A stretch of 64,000 nucleotides of DNA from contig CP068257.2 of NCBI GenBank assembly GCA_009914755.4, positions 20,416,001 through 20,480,000 of the forward strand, given 5' to 3'. The notes beneath the pieces were generated by a model. It searched no databases. It was not told where the DNA came from and saw only the letters and a program-made list of their open reading frames with translations. The stretch is from the human T2T-CHM13v2.0 reference genome, Homo sapiens. Every line of letters begins with the position of its first letter. The first letter of the stretch is position 1. The position numbers and the translations under genes are program-made. Positions 13,011 through 27,338 of this stretch are shown here, one piece after another.

Positions 13011-14607
13011 AAATCTACTTTTGTTATCTTTCACAGTAAGCTCTAACAGAATTTTAATACCTTCATATGAATAAGGAAAAAGAAATATAGACTTGGGAAA
13101 TTGATAAATGGATTATTAATTTAGAATGAAAACAACAAATCTGCTTGGATGATGAAGCAAAAGATGCTTATGAAGTATTGGGATAATGTGTAATATTCTC
13201 ATTTTAGTTAGACTGTTCCTGATACCAGTTCAATTGAACTTAAAATCCAGTTCACATCTCTTTATCCTTCCTATCAGTACACTACAGGTAGCTTAGCTCA
13301 GAAATACTAGACATTTTAACAAATACCAGACAGTTAATTTTAGTTGCTGATTACTGAAAACTGTTCTAGAAAACTGCATATCATTCAACCTTTTGAACTA
13401 GGTTACTACAGCACAGGAATTAACCACAAAATATTGTTGAAGTTTTACAAAAATAAACTGCAAAGTCTAGTACTATATACACCGACTATTTTAAGTTTTC
13501 ATGCTATTTAAAGGCCAAGAAGGAGCTAAAAGTCACTTTTTGTTACTGATGTTCCACAATGTGGCAAAAGCCATGAATCAGAACAGGGAGCAAAAATTCA
13601 GCTAAATATTAGGAAGAAGAGTTTCTCCTACCTCTTTTTTGGGTCATTATCCTTTCTTTACTTTCATGATATAATGCATTCTTGATTTTCCTCTGAATTC
13701 TCTGGCGGATAATTCTTTCATGTCGACACTTTCTTCTATATGTCACATCTGAATATTGGAATTCCTTCTGAGCTTCTTTTCTCTTTCCCTTTAGTAATTA
13801 ATACATTTCCATGCCTTTAAATTATATGTAAATACTGGATATTTACATATTGACATTTGGACATCTTACAGCTATCTTAAATTTAGCACTCTCAAATCAA
13901 ACTCTCAAACCAGTTCCAAAACTGGTCCTGTCTAAGCCTCCAAAAATGAAACCACATTCCCCCTGTTAGAGATCAAACAGCATCTTTACATATCTTCTTA
14001 ATTTTATTCCTGGTCCTTCATATCTGTTGTATATGTCATGTATAGATATCCTTAAAACATTAACTGGGCCATGCCACTATGGTAAAGAAAAATCTTTAAA
14101 CTTTCCATTGATTTCAAATAAACTCCAACCTCCTCACTATGATCTAGAAGCTATGTTTGATCTGAGCCCTTTGTACCTTTTCAAACATGCATTGCTCCAC
14201 TGTCTCTTGGTCTCATGACATTTTAAGCCCAGCAGCCTTCTTTGACTTTCTAAAACACTGACAGCTATCCTGGTCAGAGTTGTTACCTATGCCTTTTCTT
14301 CTGCCTGGAAAATTTCCACAGGTCTTGGCAATGCTGATTTGTTTACCCTTTGGGTTCACAGTTAAATGTTACCATGTCAGAGAAATTTCCTTTTAAATTG
14401 CACCAATTCAAAAGCCACCATTATACTTTACCTTTGTAATCTACTTGTATTCTATTAAGGAACTTATTACATTTTATTGTCTGCCTTCCTAATTCTAAGC
14501 TCCATGAGGATTAGCAGAACTGCTGACTCCCTAGTAAAATTCCAGTACTTAGAACAGTTTCTCATGCACTGTTATGGACATAACAAATGTCTGTAAAATT
14601 CTCACAA

Positions 14608-14673
14608 TTATTGTGGACATTTGTTAATTTTTAACTTTTGTTATTGTGGACATTTGTTAATTTTTAACTTTTG
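14608..14673. repeat. Tandem duplication, 2 x 33 bp
   Basis: ttattgtggacatttgttaatttttaacttttg occurs twice back to back. Confidence 0.9.
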
Positions 14674-14725
14674 TTCAACATTATCCAACCCCAAATCTTT
14701 AACAATATATTCATTTCTTATTTGT

Positions 14726-14779
14726 ATTTTCTTTTCTTTCCTTTCTTTTCTTTTTTTTCTTTCTTTCCTTTTTTTTTTA
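14726..14779. repeat. (TTTC)n / poly-pyrimidine simple repeat
   Basis: ttttcttttctttcctttcttttcttttttttctttctttcctttttttttt. Confidence 0.9.
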
Positions 14780-17700
14780 GAAACTACCTCTGTTCTATTA
14801 GATAGTGTCTCAAGGGACTGTAAATCAGAAGATCTTTACTCCTTGTAGCCAAGGGGTAGACACATAATAGAAGTTAGGGCAATCAAATGCTCCCTTTCTG
14901 GCGTTTATATCTTCAGCAAAATCACAAACAGAAAATAATATATTCACTTTCCTTGGTAACATTCTTATGAAATTGCTTAGTACTTCCTCCTTCACAGGTT
15001 ACTGTAATTACCCTGGTTTCTCTTCACATCCTGGTGGTTTTATCCTTTGAATTTTTTTGATCGTTGCAATGTCCTGCACTTACCTTCCTTTGTGGATTTT
15101 ATTAATCTGATCAGTTGATATTTTTTTACTTATAACAGAAAACCCAATGAAAGTGGCTTTACCAGAAAGAAACATTTATTCTCTCACTTTAAATATGGTT
15201 CTAAGATAATGAAGCTCCAGATTTAATTTAGTGGCTCAGTGCTACCATCAAAGACCAAAGTAATTTCTGTTTCTCTTCTGCCGTCATCATGTTATTTAGC
15301 TCTCCTTGAGGTTACAAGATATATGCAGCAACAACAGATATTATATCTTCATGCACAAAATTACAAAAATATATGAAATTTATATTTTATATTTCAAGAG
15401 CAAGGAAACCTTTCTCCAAATTCCCATGACTACAGTAATTGAATTTCTCTCACATTTTATCAGCCAATATTGGGTCACCCATTCTTTTCTTAGTCTGTTT
15501 TCTCACTAAGAACCCACTCTAACAATAACAGCATTAACCCATTTACAAGGATGGAGTCCTCATGACCTAATTACTGGTTAAAGGTTCTGCTTTTTAATAT
15601 TGTTACAATGGCAATTCAATTTCAATATGAATATTGGAACAGACATTCAAACCATAGCAGTTTCTAAGTCTGTCAATTCACGAGAAAATAACTAATTTGA
15701 TTTACTTAAAATAACCCAACTGTAGTTCAACAAAATTGTTCATTAGGGTTCAGGAAGAATGTGAAGAGATTAAAAATAAACTTTTTGGAAAAAAAAAATC
15801 TCCCCATAGATTTTAAAACACAGCTCCTTTCCAAGGTTTTGTAACTCAGTCAACATAAATGGAACTTCTCAGTTTACCGGGGTTGACAGCATTGAATCGT
15901 GGTACATAATACTGAAATACCATGGATAAATCAGGTGATATAATTACTAGTTCCAATTTTTTAAATCAAATGCATGACATTTGATGAGTTATTTAATCCT
16001 TTGGTTGTTTCAGTGTTCTGATTTGGAAAATAAGATGGCACTAGAAATTTTGTCAGTATCCGTTCACTTACAAAATTATCTAAATATAGAGCTCAATCCT
16101 GTACTAAACTATGTACTGGTCCTTGTACTGGTCCATTTGTAATTTTTAATTGATTTTCTCATTTATTCTGTCTTGGCTCTCAACATTAAATTCAATTAAA
16201 ATCTAAAATCCTTGTGTCCATTCATAGCCATGGATTACATGGTGACTTATTCCAGCTCATTCTTTTTGTAATTGAAAAAAACTGTATATAGGAAAAAGAG
16301 CCAAATAGATAAAAGGGCTTTATCAACACACGGCTACTGCAAAATTAGTGTTTAGAAAACAGAAAATCTAAAAACCACTGACATGCTAAACCTAGAGAAG
16401 ATTTCTTTATTCTGAAAGGCAACATATATTGCTCTTATTTATTCCCTACTAAAAAAAAATAAGGTGTTTTTTACAACTTTGGAAGATGAATTGATAGAAA
16501 AAAAAAGCATGTTACTTATTTACAAGGATATTTCTCCATGAACTGCCTTTCAGGAAGCTTTCTCTAATCATTCAAATAGACTTTATTCTCTGACTATGTC
16601 TCATGCCTGATTTGAAGTCTTGTTACAGATCTTTGAAATTAAAGATTGAGGTTTATCCCTATTTTGATTAATACAATCATGTTAAATAATTTGGACTATG
16701 TTGCACAATTTTTTGAGTTAGGACATGAATAAATACTAAATAAGGTAATTAAGATGATTTGGTACTTTCCAGAATTAATGATTCTTGCTTTGCTTTGTCT
16801 CAATGTGAAAGCTCTTTGAAGCTGTGTTCACATTTGTTGTAAGGTTCAATTTTTAATCCACATAATCACCCTCAAGGTTTTGATTAATAAAGTTAAAAAT
16901 GTATCAAAACAACGTAACTAACTGTACTTTCACAGGTTTACAATTAAGTAAGAAAGAAAATTGAAATAGGATTTTAAAAAGTATCTGCTGGTTGAACAAT
17001 CATCTTGAACAGAGAAGAAGATAAAGAAAATGCACCAGGGAAAGTTTTGGGGATGCTTGTCATTATTAGATGTAGGGAGTTATGCAAATGGATTATATGA
17101 ATGCAAATGGGGTTTCAATGAAAAGCAGAAGATTTGACAGATTAATTTATAAAAATCACTAATACTTTTAACTTCATAAGCATTTATGGCTGAAACATCA
17201 CAACAGCCTTATGAGTTCATGTTGCTCTAAAGGACAAGGTTGCCCATCCAGTGAATAAATGATGAAACAGAAATTTGCACCATTTTTGCCTGAATTTCAT
17301 GCCTACTCAACCTTTAATTGGTGCACTAAACTGTTTCATGAGAACATTAAGAAGGCAAAACAGGAGACTTCCTGAAAGAGGAAGGCATTTGTAAAATATT
17401 TGTATAGTACTGAATAGTCTACTCTCTTGGGCTTCCATGTCACCCCTTGACTTTAACTTGTCACAGTTATCAAGAAAGACTCATGTTGTCAAAATTATGT
17501 TGTAGAAATAAAGAATCCTGTTGGAGAACAGGTGAAATGTGATGTCCTAAAAGTCAACCAAAGAGTGCATTTATTTAAAAAGTCATTGACAATAGACATA
17601 GACAAAAATTAGACTGGATGATCACTGCAAAAGACTATTGGATGAGTAATTAGAAGATCATTGGTTACTTTCAGCACAGCGTTTTGAGATAGTATTAGTG

Positions 17701-19807
17701 GAGACATAAACAAGTTTTATGAAATAATTAAAGAGAAAATCTAGAAAGAGAATAAAACCTAGTTTAAATGAAAGTATTTATGCCAGTTAAGTTTTTGAAT
17801 TAATAATATTATTCCAAGAAAGAATAATTGCAAATTGAATAACACGAGATGCACAAAACATGAAATTGGGTTAAGAAGGACATAGGAACAGTATGTAGAT
17901 AACATGCGATTCTTGAGGAGTATGGATGAAACAATTCCACTATACATGTAGAAGAGAATATAACTGGTGGGAATTCAAAAAAATTAAATGAGAAGAAAGA
18001 AAAATTGAAAAAAAAACTTCTATAAGATGAAATCAGACTTCACAGTAAAGTGGTTGTATAGTCATTAGCCACTTGAAGGAGAAGGGAGTGTGAGTGTATT
18101 TTGAACAGTATAGAGGTCTGAAATAGTTATGTGGAGCAGTCAAGAACCAACCAAAGAAAAGCATTTTTAAGCAGTTTTAACAATCAGCTTGATATAGGGA
18201 CTTACCAGGTTCTCGAAAAATAATGCTAGATTTCTCTTAATTTCAATGTAAATCGTGGAAATTTAACTCTATAAAATTGTAGAGAAAAAAAGGAATATAC
18301 AATGTGATTAGGACTCATCTGGGCAGCCCCCTCTAGAGAGCTTAATACAAAAATATTTCCAGATGACAAAGAAAGCTTTTATTCCATTTATCCTGCTGAT
18401 TGAAAAATGAATACATTAATGCTGGCTTTAAAGGCAGTCATGGTCTACCCCAAAATATTTCACTTGCCTTGGTTCACAGTGGACCCTTCTAGGTGACCCA
18501 AAAGCTAGAGTCAACATGAACTACTTGAGATGGCCTAAAATGCTCCAAATTAGCAAACACTTATTCCTGCCATTCACATCATCGAAAATCCTCTTCCTAC
18601 ACAATACACCCATGAAACAGCAATTAATCTTTCAAGAACTACCTTAGACAAGCCTCTTTTTTTGAAGCTTTGTTGATTTACTAAACAGATATAATTTCTC
18701 TTTTGTATATTCACTTCACTTTTTTCTTCATTTATGGTAATTGTCATTCTAAACCCTGGGGTTTAGTGATCTATGGCTCTGTTTCTCTCCACCTCCTAAC
18801 CTATTCCATGTTGCTAAACAATGAGCAATGAAGTATCTTGATTACCTCTGAATACTAAATAAATACTTTCTGAATTATTTTCTCTACATAACTCAACATT
18901 CTTCTAATTTGTTGAAAAATTAGAACTAACACTAATTTGTTTCTCATTTATTTTCTATCTCCGTGAACTTTTTATTCTGTTTACTCATTTGATTTCTTAA
19001 TGAATATATTAAACATGAAGAAAAAAATGCATGTTCTATGGTGGTAATGTCTTTTTCCAAATGCTAATAAAATTTGTTTAAATGCTCTTATCAACTTTTT
19101 AATGGTTTTCCCAAAAGTTTTTAATTTAGGTAACCAAGCTTTAATTGGAATTAGAAGTATTTTACATATATTTTCTGAATTACCTTGTATTTAACAAATA
19201 TTAAAGTAAAACTATTGAAAATAGTTTATGGATAGAAATCTTAGAAGGTTGGCACCTTTTTATTAACTTCCCAGATATTTTTTAAAGTAGATTAAAAAGG
19301 TTGCTATGTAACATGAAAAAAAAAACTACCGTCTAAAATCTAATGATGATGCAGCAAGATTCTAAATCAACAATCTGCAGTCTCACATTATACCAATGCC
19401 ATATTGTAAATTACCTCTTAAGGCCAGAGAAAAAGTATTTCACAACTTCTCAAAATCAAATACGTTAACTGTATTCAGATGTTAGTTTTTCAAAGAATCA
19501 AGAGGTAAGCATCAGAATGTGATTTTTAAACATTTCCAATACTTCTTAACAAAAATTTTCTCTAACTTTTTTAAAGTCATGCACACCTAAGAAATTTTTT
19601 TTTCTGGTTTGGAACATCATATTATAAAGGTGTTCATATATTCAAAGCTAGATTGTGTTATCATGTTATACTTTTTCACTATTTTAAATAAGAAATATTA
19701 TCAATTACATGTGCCTATCACAGTATTTTATTCTGTTTTCTGATGGTCTTTTTTTCCTTAACTCTCACTTGGCTTGTTTGTATAGGAAGCAGAAGAAAAT
19801 ATCAGAG

Positions 19808-20201
<394 letters not shown>

Positions 20202-20633
20202 TCATGTTTTGTAAGAAAGCTTGATTGTGATTACTGAAACTCCCTTTATTTTATTTTTAGGGGTCTGCAAAACTTTAATTCACACTTTATTATTAGGTTA
20301 TCTTATCAGCAATGCTCAGATCTTAATGTTGGCAGCATCTTTCTTTAGTATTGACACTAAGACATGAAGAATTGCTAGACCAATCTGTACAGCAAGCATG
20401 CTTTTCACATGTTCCACTTGGTCTTTCTGGTCAAAGATGAGACAACAGACAACTTGTAAATCAAGAATAGGAATTAAATGCATACTTCATTATGTAGTGA
20501 GGCTCCACTGGAAAGTAAAAGAGAACTCACTAGTTTCATATAAATGTGGCATGGGTAGAAAATAATCGGTTGAAACAAAAGACTTACATTTATGTTTCAT
20601 TTGTCTATTTTTTGTTCCTTAAAGCTTACTTTC

Positions 20634-20853
20634 ATTTATTTATTTATTTATTATACTTTAAGTTCTGGGATACACATGCAGAACATGCAGGCTTGTTACA
20701 CAGGTATACACGTGACATGGTGGTTTGCTGCACCTATCAACCTGTCATCTATATTTGGTATTTCTCCTAACGCTATCCCTCCACTTGCCCCCCACCCCCC
20801 GACAGGCCCCAGTGTGTGATGTTCCCCTCCCCTTGTCCATGTGTTCTCATTTT
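20634..20853 (-). mobile_element. L1PA-like 3'-terminal fragment (about 220 bp), - orientation
   Basis: Starts with a poly-T-like run (tttatttatttatttatta), then tactttaagttctgggatacacatgcagaacatgcaggcttgttacacaggtatacacgtgacatggtggtttgctgcacctatcaacctgtcatctatatttggtatttctcctaacgctatccctcc...ccccagtgtgtgatgttcccctccccttgtccatgtgttctcatt. This is the reverse complement of the L1PA 3' end. Confidence 0.9.
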
Positions 20854-23800
20854 TCAGATAGACTTAACAACAGACACAGAGGGATTTTAGTGAGGATAAA
20901 AAATAAAACAAAACAGTGCTCTGTAAATATCAGAATGAAATAAAATGGTATCTTCTTATAACACACAAAGTATCAGTAGAGAATATACTTTCCATTATTG
21001 AATTAAATAGTTAAATGTTTAACAGGATCTGTAAGTTTTATATTTTCAAAAAGGTCTAGGAAAGTTGGTAATCAAGGATCCACTAAATGGATCCTGGTTT
21101 TTTGTAACCTGTTCCATTTTCGGGATTTCTTTTCCCACACATACCTATTGTACAATCTTAGACGCTAATAGACTTATGCTCAGATATTTTTGATTATTTC
21201 CTTGTAATAATGAAAGAGCAATACTTTCTCATATCAGTATTCATGGAATCATCGATTCATTTATTTAGTCATTAATTTTTTTGTTTGATAAATGTTTACT
21301 CTAGACCAGAAACTGGGATGAGCCTTAGGAAATGTGCAGAGATGAACAAAGCCTGTGAAGTAATCAGGGTTCTTTTTACTGTATCAATATTTACTCCATT
21401 AGAAATAAGGGGGTTTGAGAAAGGAGTGAGAACAGGGTTCAAGTCGAGTATTTTTCACTGAGTGACTCTGAGGAACCCTCCTGCGATCTTTACTATTTGA
21501 TTTGTAACCTGTTTAAATTCTACTGAAAACTTAAAATTCAGTAAATGCAGTTCCTGAAGTATATAGCAATCATTTTGAAATGTGTAGTCTCTTCCTACCA
21601 TAAACAGTTATTAGAAGACAGTGTTTTATACTAGCATTCCATGACAAGTGTCTTTATCAGTCATAATGATTGTGATTACCAATCCTAAAGTTAGATGGAC
21701 AATGATTGTATATTGGATTATCTATTTTACTAAAATAGAATTTAACCTCCTCTCCATTGGGCCTACGAAAAAGTAAATGTTAACCATTTGGGGTTTCTCA
21801 CCACAACACAGCTTTGTGAAACAAGTTCCTATCAATTGTCAAAGCTTCAAAGTACTTCAAAATATCGATTACATCTGCAGGTAAATTCAGGCATGGGCTG
21901 AGAGGATTTGAGGTAAATTAGCAATAGTATTGGTTGCATGAAAGTGTGGCTTGAATAAAAAAATTCTATACTAGCTGTGTGGATGATATAAGTATATTCA
22001 CTATTAATATTTTTATATATGGTAAAATGACCACAACTAAGGTTAATATTTGTTCACTTTTTAATGAAAATATATCTATATGTTTCTATTAAAATCAATA
22101 ATTATTTTTTAAAAAATAGTTTATCCCTTTATATAAAATGATTAGGAAGACCTAACCACCCTTAACATCAAAGTGAGTAATATCTGAACAACCTTATAAT
22201 GCTATACTTGCTAAAATATCCTCGGCATTTGATTGAATGCAGAGTCTTTCACACTGATTTTTTTATTATAAGGTTAATACATCAATTATTAACTGATATT
22301 TAACATTGCTAAGAGAATAGTATACAAAAGCAAAAATAAAAGGGTAAATTGGCTTAAACATATTTCTTAAATTTAATGAAGCATATTCAATATTTTAAAA
22401 ATAATTATAATCATATAGCAAGAAGCTATAAGCCATTTTTCATGATTGACATTTTACTGAGTTTCTTATTAATTTGAAAACTATTTTGATAATGTCATGA
22501 ATTTATTCTCCATGTTTTAACATTCATATGTTAATACTGTACACATTTATAGTTGCAGAAGTGTTTATTTATAGGTATTGAAAATTAGAAAATTAATTTT
22601 CTGTATTTTTTTATATTCCAGGTCAGTTATTATGCAAAATGAAAAGGTAATAGTGTTGCTCTCCTCAGGTTGAAAGCACACAATATGCATTCTTTTTTGT
22701 AAGATATATTGATTAATGAAACAAAGATAAATTTGTCACCCATGTAAAAACAATTGATTTCACCGAACTAGAAATCTGAAATCGCACATGGATACACTAA
22801 ATAATTCTAATGTAATTATTCCTAGTATACTTAAACAGCTAAAAAACAAACAAAGATTTCAACTTTTTGCTGGAAAAAAACGTTTTTTAAGTCTAGGGTT
22901 TATTTATAATGCAGTTATAGGTAATGCAAAATGGATGACATTCACCTCCCAGCCAAGGCTAAACATGCAGTAGTAAAAGACTGATTTTATCTTAAAACTA
23001 ATTAGAAATGATCTCATCAAAATCATTCTTGCCTTTTTATTTTTAATCTCCGAGCTGGTATTACCCTTTAATCAAATTGACAATACTAGAGGCTATAATG
23101 AAGATGAAAGTGACACATTTTTAAATTTTTAATGTTACTTTTTTCTTTTAATTTTATAATTAGGTCTTATCTTTGAAAGTGATAAATTTGCTTTATATTT
23201 AAGAAGCTAATAAAGACTGTAGGGAAAAATGTTATCATGATTTATATAGATTTTCTAGTAGTTTACATGAGAGAATAATATTCATGTTTAATGTAAAAAT
23301 GAAATTTAATATCAAAGTGATCTATAGGTACATTTCAAATAACAAAAGTAAAAATTAAATAAAGGTTAATTGAGTATGAAGTACGTTTATAACTTCTTTT
23401 AATTATTCTCTCTTTCATTGAAAAAATGCTAAGCACCTATCAGATTTTATGTATCTTTTTTTGAAATTATACCTATAATAGGAATGAGACAAAGTCACAG
23501 CTCTTTTACAAGTTGTCCATTCTGGTGAACTGAGACAATACTAAACAAACAAATCTTAAGACTGACAGAAAATTAAAATAGAGAGAGGTGATAGAGTCAT
23601 AGTGGATACTTTTAATTAGCAGTTGAACAAGCTGTCATGAACATCTTCAGGGTAAAAAGAAAAGACGCAATGAAAAGCTATGCATTCTGCAGATTTATAT
23701 TTACAACTAAAACACTAAAGCAGAAACTAGATTGCCACTTTCCATGGTGCTCTTATACTGGTAGATAGGGCAGAGCATGCAGTGTTTAATCCAAATTTGC

Positions 23801-25183
23801 ATTTTATGCCAGGTATAAAGAAATGCCATCAACACGTTTTAGACAACAGAGTAACACAATCAGAACCAGCTCATGCTGGTCGCTGTATAAAGAGGGGACT
23901 TTAGAGCAATAAAATTTAAAAAGGGATAAATATTAAGAGATTATTACAACAGTTTTCCTGACACACGCTTAATTTCAGATTAAAGCAGGAGAAATGAAAA
24001 GTAGTGGATAGATTTACCATGTATTTTTTTGCTGACATTATTAAGGTATTGGTAAATTAGCTTTAGGAGTAAAAGAAAAACGGCTTGTAGGTTTTTGTTT
24101 TTAGGGAGAATTTAAAATTTTTTTGCTTTGCCTTATTTTGTTTTCAGTGCAAGTTGGAGATGCACCTTAGATTGCCAAAAGGAGATAACAATCATGAATA
24201 TAATAGGAATAAGTTATGATAGAAAGAGCAATTGGTGGACGGATGGTAAAGAGAAAGCAACATTTTTACATCCTAAAAAGGCGTCTCAGTATTTCGATTA
24301 AGAATGTTTTAAACTTTACTGATGTGTAATATATATTTGGAAAAGTTTGCATGTTATCAGGAATATGTTTTCATAAATTAAGCTCTCTTTTCCAGCATAC
24401 AAATCAAGAGACGGAACATTACAAGGGCCCCCAAAGTTCCTTTGCTGTTCCTTTCCAGTACTTACCTCTCCTAGCTCTAGGGTTAGAAATTATCTTAACT
24501 TCTCACAGCATAAGATAGTTTTGCCTGTGTTTAAACTTTATACGGCAGGAATCACACTCTATCCTTTTTTTGCGTCTTATTTTACTCAACATTATGTTAA
24601 AAAATTTATCTGCATTGTGTTGTAACTTGTCTACCCAGAGTTTAAAGTAAAATGCATAATTGTTTACAAGAGCAGAATTTTCTTTTTATAAAGACATGGA
24701 TTTGAATGTAAGTCAATAATAGAAAATATGAATATTGAGTTAAAATTAAGTAATTTTTTAAAAGTTTCTGAAAGCTGCTTACATTTCCTACTTTTCTTTC
24801 ATGTATATTTTACCACATGTCCACTTATACTCCCCAAATTTTCAACTGTAACAACCAAAATGTGTATTATTCAGTAGATATACCTATTACAAAAAAATCA
24901 AAGAAATAAATTTATGAAGATGAAACAGATAATTACATACATATATTTTACAGTTAATTTAATTATATTAAATGTGTAAAAGAATATAATTCTAAGACTT
25001 ATTAAACCCATCTTTGAAGGTTTTTGTGAAGGTTTGGTCACTTTCTGCATCAGTTATCACATGTGGCAACTCCATGTCTATCTTCATATTTTAGCCTGTG
25101 AGGAACCATTTGAAATTACATTTCTTTTTTTCTGTTCATTCTTACAGAAACATTTTGATGGAATTAACACATCATTTTCACAC

Positions 25184-25917
25184 TGAAACATCCAATGAGT
25201 TCACTTCGCCCACTGCCCAGATAAAGCTAATTTATCAAGCCAGGGGAATTGGAATAGAGAAAGAGTTTTACACACCTAGAGCTGGCTAAATTGGAGAACA
25301 GAGCTTTATTGTTACTCAAATCTGCCTCTCCCAAAATTTGGAGGCTAGGGTTTTTCATGAAAAGTTTTGTGGCAGGAGGCTAGGGAATTGGCGCTGCTTA
25401 TTGGTGGGAAAATGCAACCATAGGGGAGTGGAAAAGGGTCCTTGTGTGCTGATTCTACTTCTGGGTAGGGGCCACAGGGCTGGTTGAGTCAAAAGTTGTG
25501 GGTTTTAGATAGGGTTATCAGTCTTCAGAAATGCGAAAGCCTGAGAAGACATCTCAAAAGGCTAATCTTAGGTTCTACAATAGTGATGTTATCTGCAGGA
25601 GAAATTGAGAAAGTTGCCTAATCTTGTGACCTCCAGGAATAAGGTCTGGTAATTGTTTACATCTACTCCTTAGCAGAATTCAGGCTCTTCTCTAGACCTG
25701 GTGGACTTCCTTTCATTTTACAAAGATGGTTTAGTTTGGGGGAAAGGCTGTTATCATTTAAACTATAAACTAGACTTCTCCTAAAGTTAGCTTGGCCCAA
25801 GGTCAGGAATGACAAAGGGCTGTTTGGAGGTTAAAGGAAAGATGGGATTTGGTCTGATCAGATCAATTTCACTGTCATAATTTTCTCATTGTTATAATTT
25901 TTGCAAAGGCAATTTCA
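25184..25917 (+). mobile_element. LTR-like interspersed repeat, copy 1 (about 730 bp, begins TG and ends CA; family not assigned)
   Basis: Collinear with the copy at 32980-33702 over about 720 bp at roughly 80% identity by eye (for example ccaggggaattggaatagagaaagagttttacacacctagagctggctaaattggag versus gacaggggaattgcaatagagaaagagtttaatacaggtagagccagctaaatgggag, ...tttgcaaaggcaatttca versus ...tttgcaaaggtggtttca). The sequence starts TGAAAC and ends TTTCA, the TG...CA ends expected of an LTR. Confidence 0.55.
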
Positions 25918-26702
25918 ATGTTCATAAATATAAAGATTGGTTTATTAATATGTACATGATGTTAATTATTATGTCTATAATTATTTCTTTAGCATATATG
26001 TGTCTGGTTCTTCACATAGTTTATTTTTTAAAATTAATTCAAAGATCTTAAGTGATGTGTTCTATGCTGATTATACAGAAGAGACTAGCCCTGCTACAGC
26101 TAAAGCAATAAATTTAGTCATAACCTGTTTCTGTTACCTGCCTACTTGGCTGCCTATGGGACATCCTGAACTAAGTATGGAAAAAAACAAAATTTTTACC
26201 CATAAAAATATGGATATATTCTAAAAATGTAGAACCCTGAAAATGGTAACCACATGGATATATATGTTTATATAACCATATACATGTTATTTTCTTATTC
26301 ATCAAATCTCTTTAAAATATAATTAGTTGTTTTAATTAGCTGTTTTAAAAGCAATAATAGTAAGAATATAATGTGGAGTAAATAACATACATTGATACAT
26401 AAGTAAAATGTAAGATAATGAAGGCATAAAAAGGCCAGAAGAGAAGAAATTAAAGGACTTATTTTCTATGTGAAATGGTTTAGTGTCAATTAAAGGCAGA
26501 CCATGACAAGTTATAAGCATGTCATAAACCCTAAAACAAGCACTGAAATAACAAAATAAAGAGTTATAGCTAATAAAGCAAGAGAGAAACATATATTTAA
26601 ATTTGTTCCTTTCTACTTATCCTAGTTTGTCTATCTCTGTCTTATCCACTCCTTTGTCTATCTCTGTCTAACAACCTCTAACCCAAAACTCTCCAAAGCT
26701 TT

Positions 26703-27338
26703 TGTCAGAGGCGGTCAAACCAGAGTGACTCCGTCTTGAATAGGGGCTGGGTAAAATAAGGCTGAGACCTATTAGGCTTCATTTCCAGGAGGTTAGCCAT
26801 TCTAAATCACAGGATGAAATAGAAGGTTGGCACAAGGTACAGATTACAAAGGCCTTGCTGATAAAAGGATGTGTTAAAAGAACTGGCAGAAACCCACCAA
26901 AACCAAGATGGCAACAATAGTGACCTCTGGTCATCCTCACTGCTCTTTATATGTCAATTATAATGCATTAACATGCTAAAGGACACTCCCACCAGTGCCA
27001 TTACAGTTTACAATGCCATGGCAACATCAAGAAGTTACCCTATATGTTCTAGAAAGGGGAGGATCCATCAATTCCAGGAATATTCCATCCTTTTCCCAGA
27101 AAACTCATGAATAATCCACCCTTTGTTTAGCATGTAATCAAGAAGTAATTATAAGTACAATCAGTGGAGCAGCCCATGTCACTGTTCTGCCTATGGAGTA
27201 GCCATTCTTTTGTTTCTTTACTTTCTTAATGAACTTGCTTTCACATTAGTCTATGGACTTGCCCTGAATTCTTTCTTTCTTGCACGAGGTTCAAGAAACC
27301 TCTCCTGGGGTCTAGATAGGGACCCCTTTCCAGTAACA
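26703..27338 (+). mobile_element. ERV1-type LTR, LTR12/HERV9-like (about 636 bp), + orientation
   Basis: The 3' portion contains an AATGAA/AATAAA poly-A signal in the context ...ctttactttcttaatgaacttgctttcacattagtctatggacttgccctgaattctttc...ggttcaagaaacctctcctggggtctagatagggacccctttccagtaaca. This matches the R/U5 end of LTR12 family LTRs as I recall it (...ttaataaacttgctttcactttactctatggactcgccc...tccaagaaccctctcttggggtctggatcgggacccctttcc.gtaaca). The element begins with TG and ends with CA. Confidence 0.55.

Noticed and set aside
12672-13046. 124 aa plus-strand ORF
   Set aside because: It spans the junction of a minus-strand L1 tail fragment and the resumed old L1 3' UTR. It is low-complexity with no recognisable domain, so it is an artefact of nested repeats.
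14608-14673. A possible CRISPR-like or other short tandem array, checked here and at 26930-27668 and 34700-34810
   Set aside because: There are only two repeat units, or degenerate AT-rich units. There are no unique spacers of regular length, and the context is eukaryotic repeat DNA. This is not a CRISPR array.
25918-26700. A primer-binding site or other provirus hallmark immediately downstream of LTR-like copy 1
   Set aside because: No TGG-initiated 18-mer resembling a tRNA 3' end is present (sequence is atgttcataaatataaagattgg...). The provirus interpretation is therefore kept only as a hypothesis in the findings.
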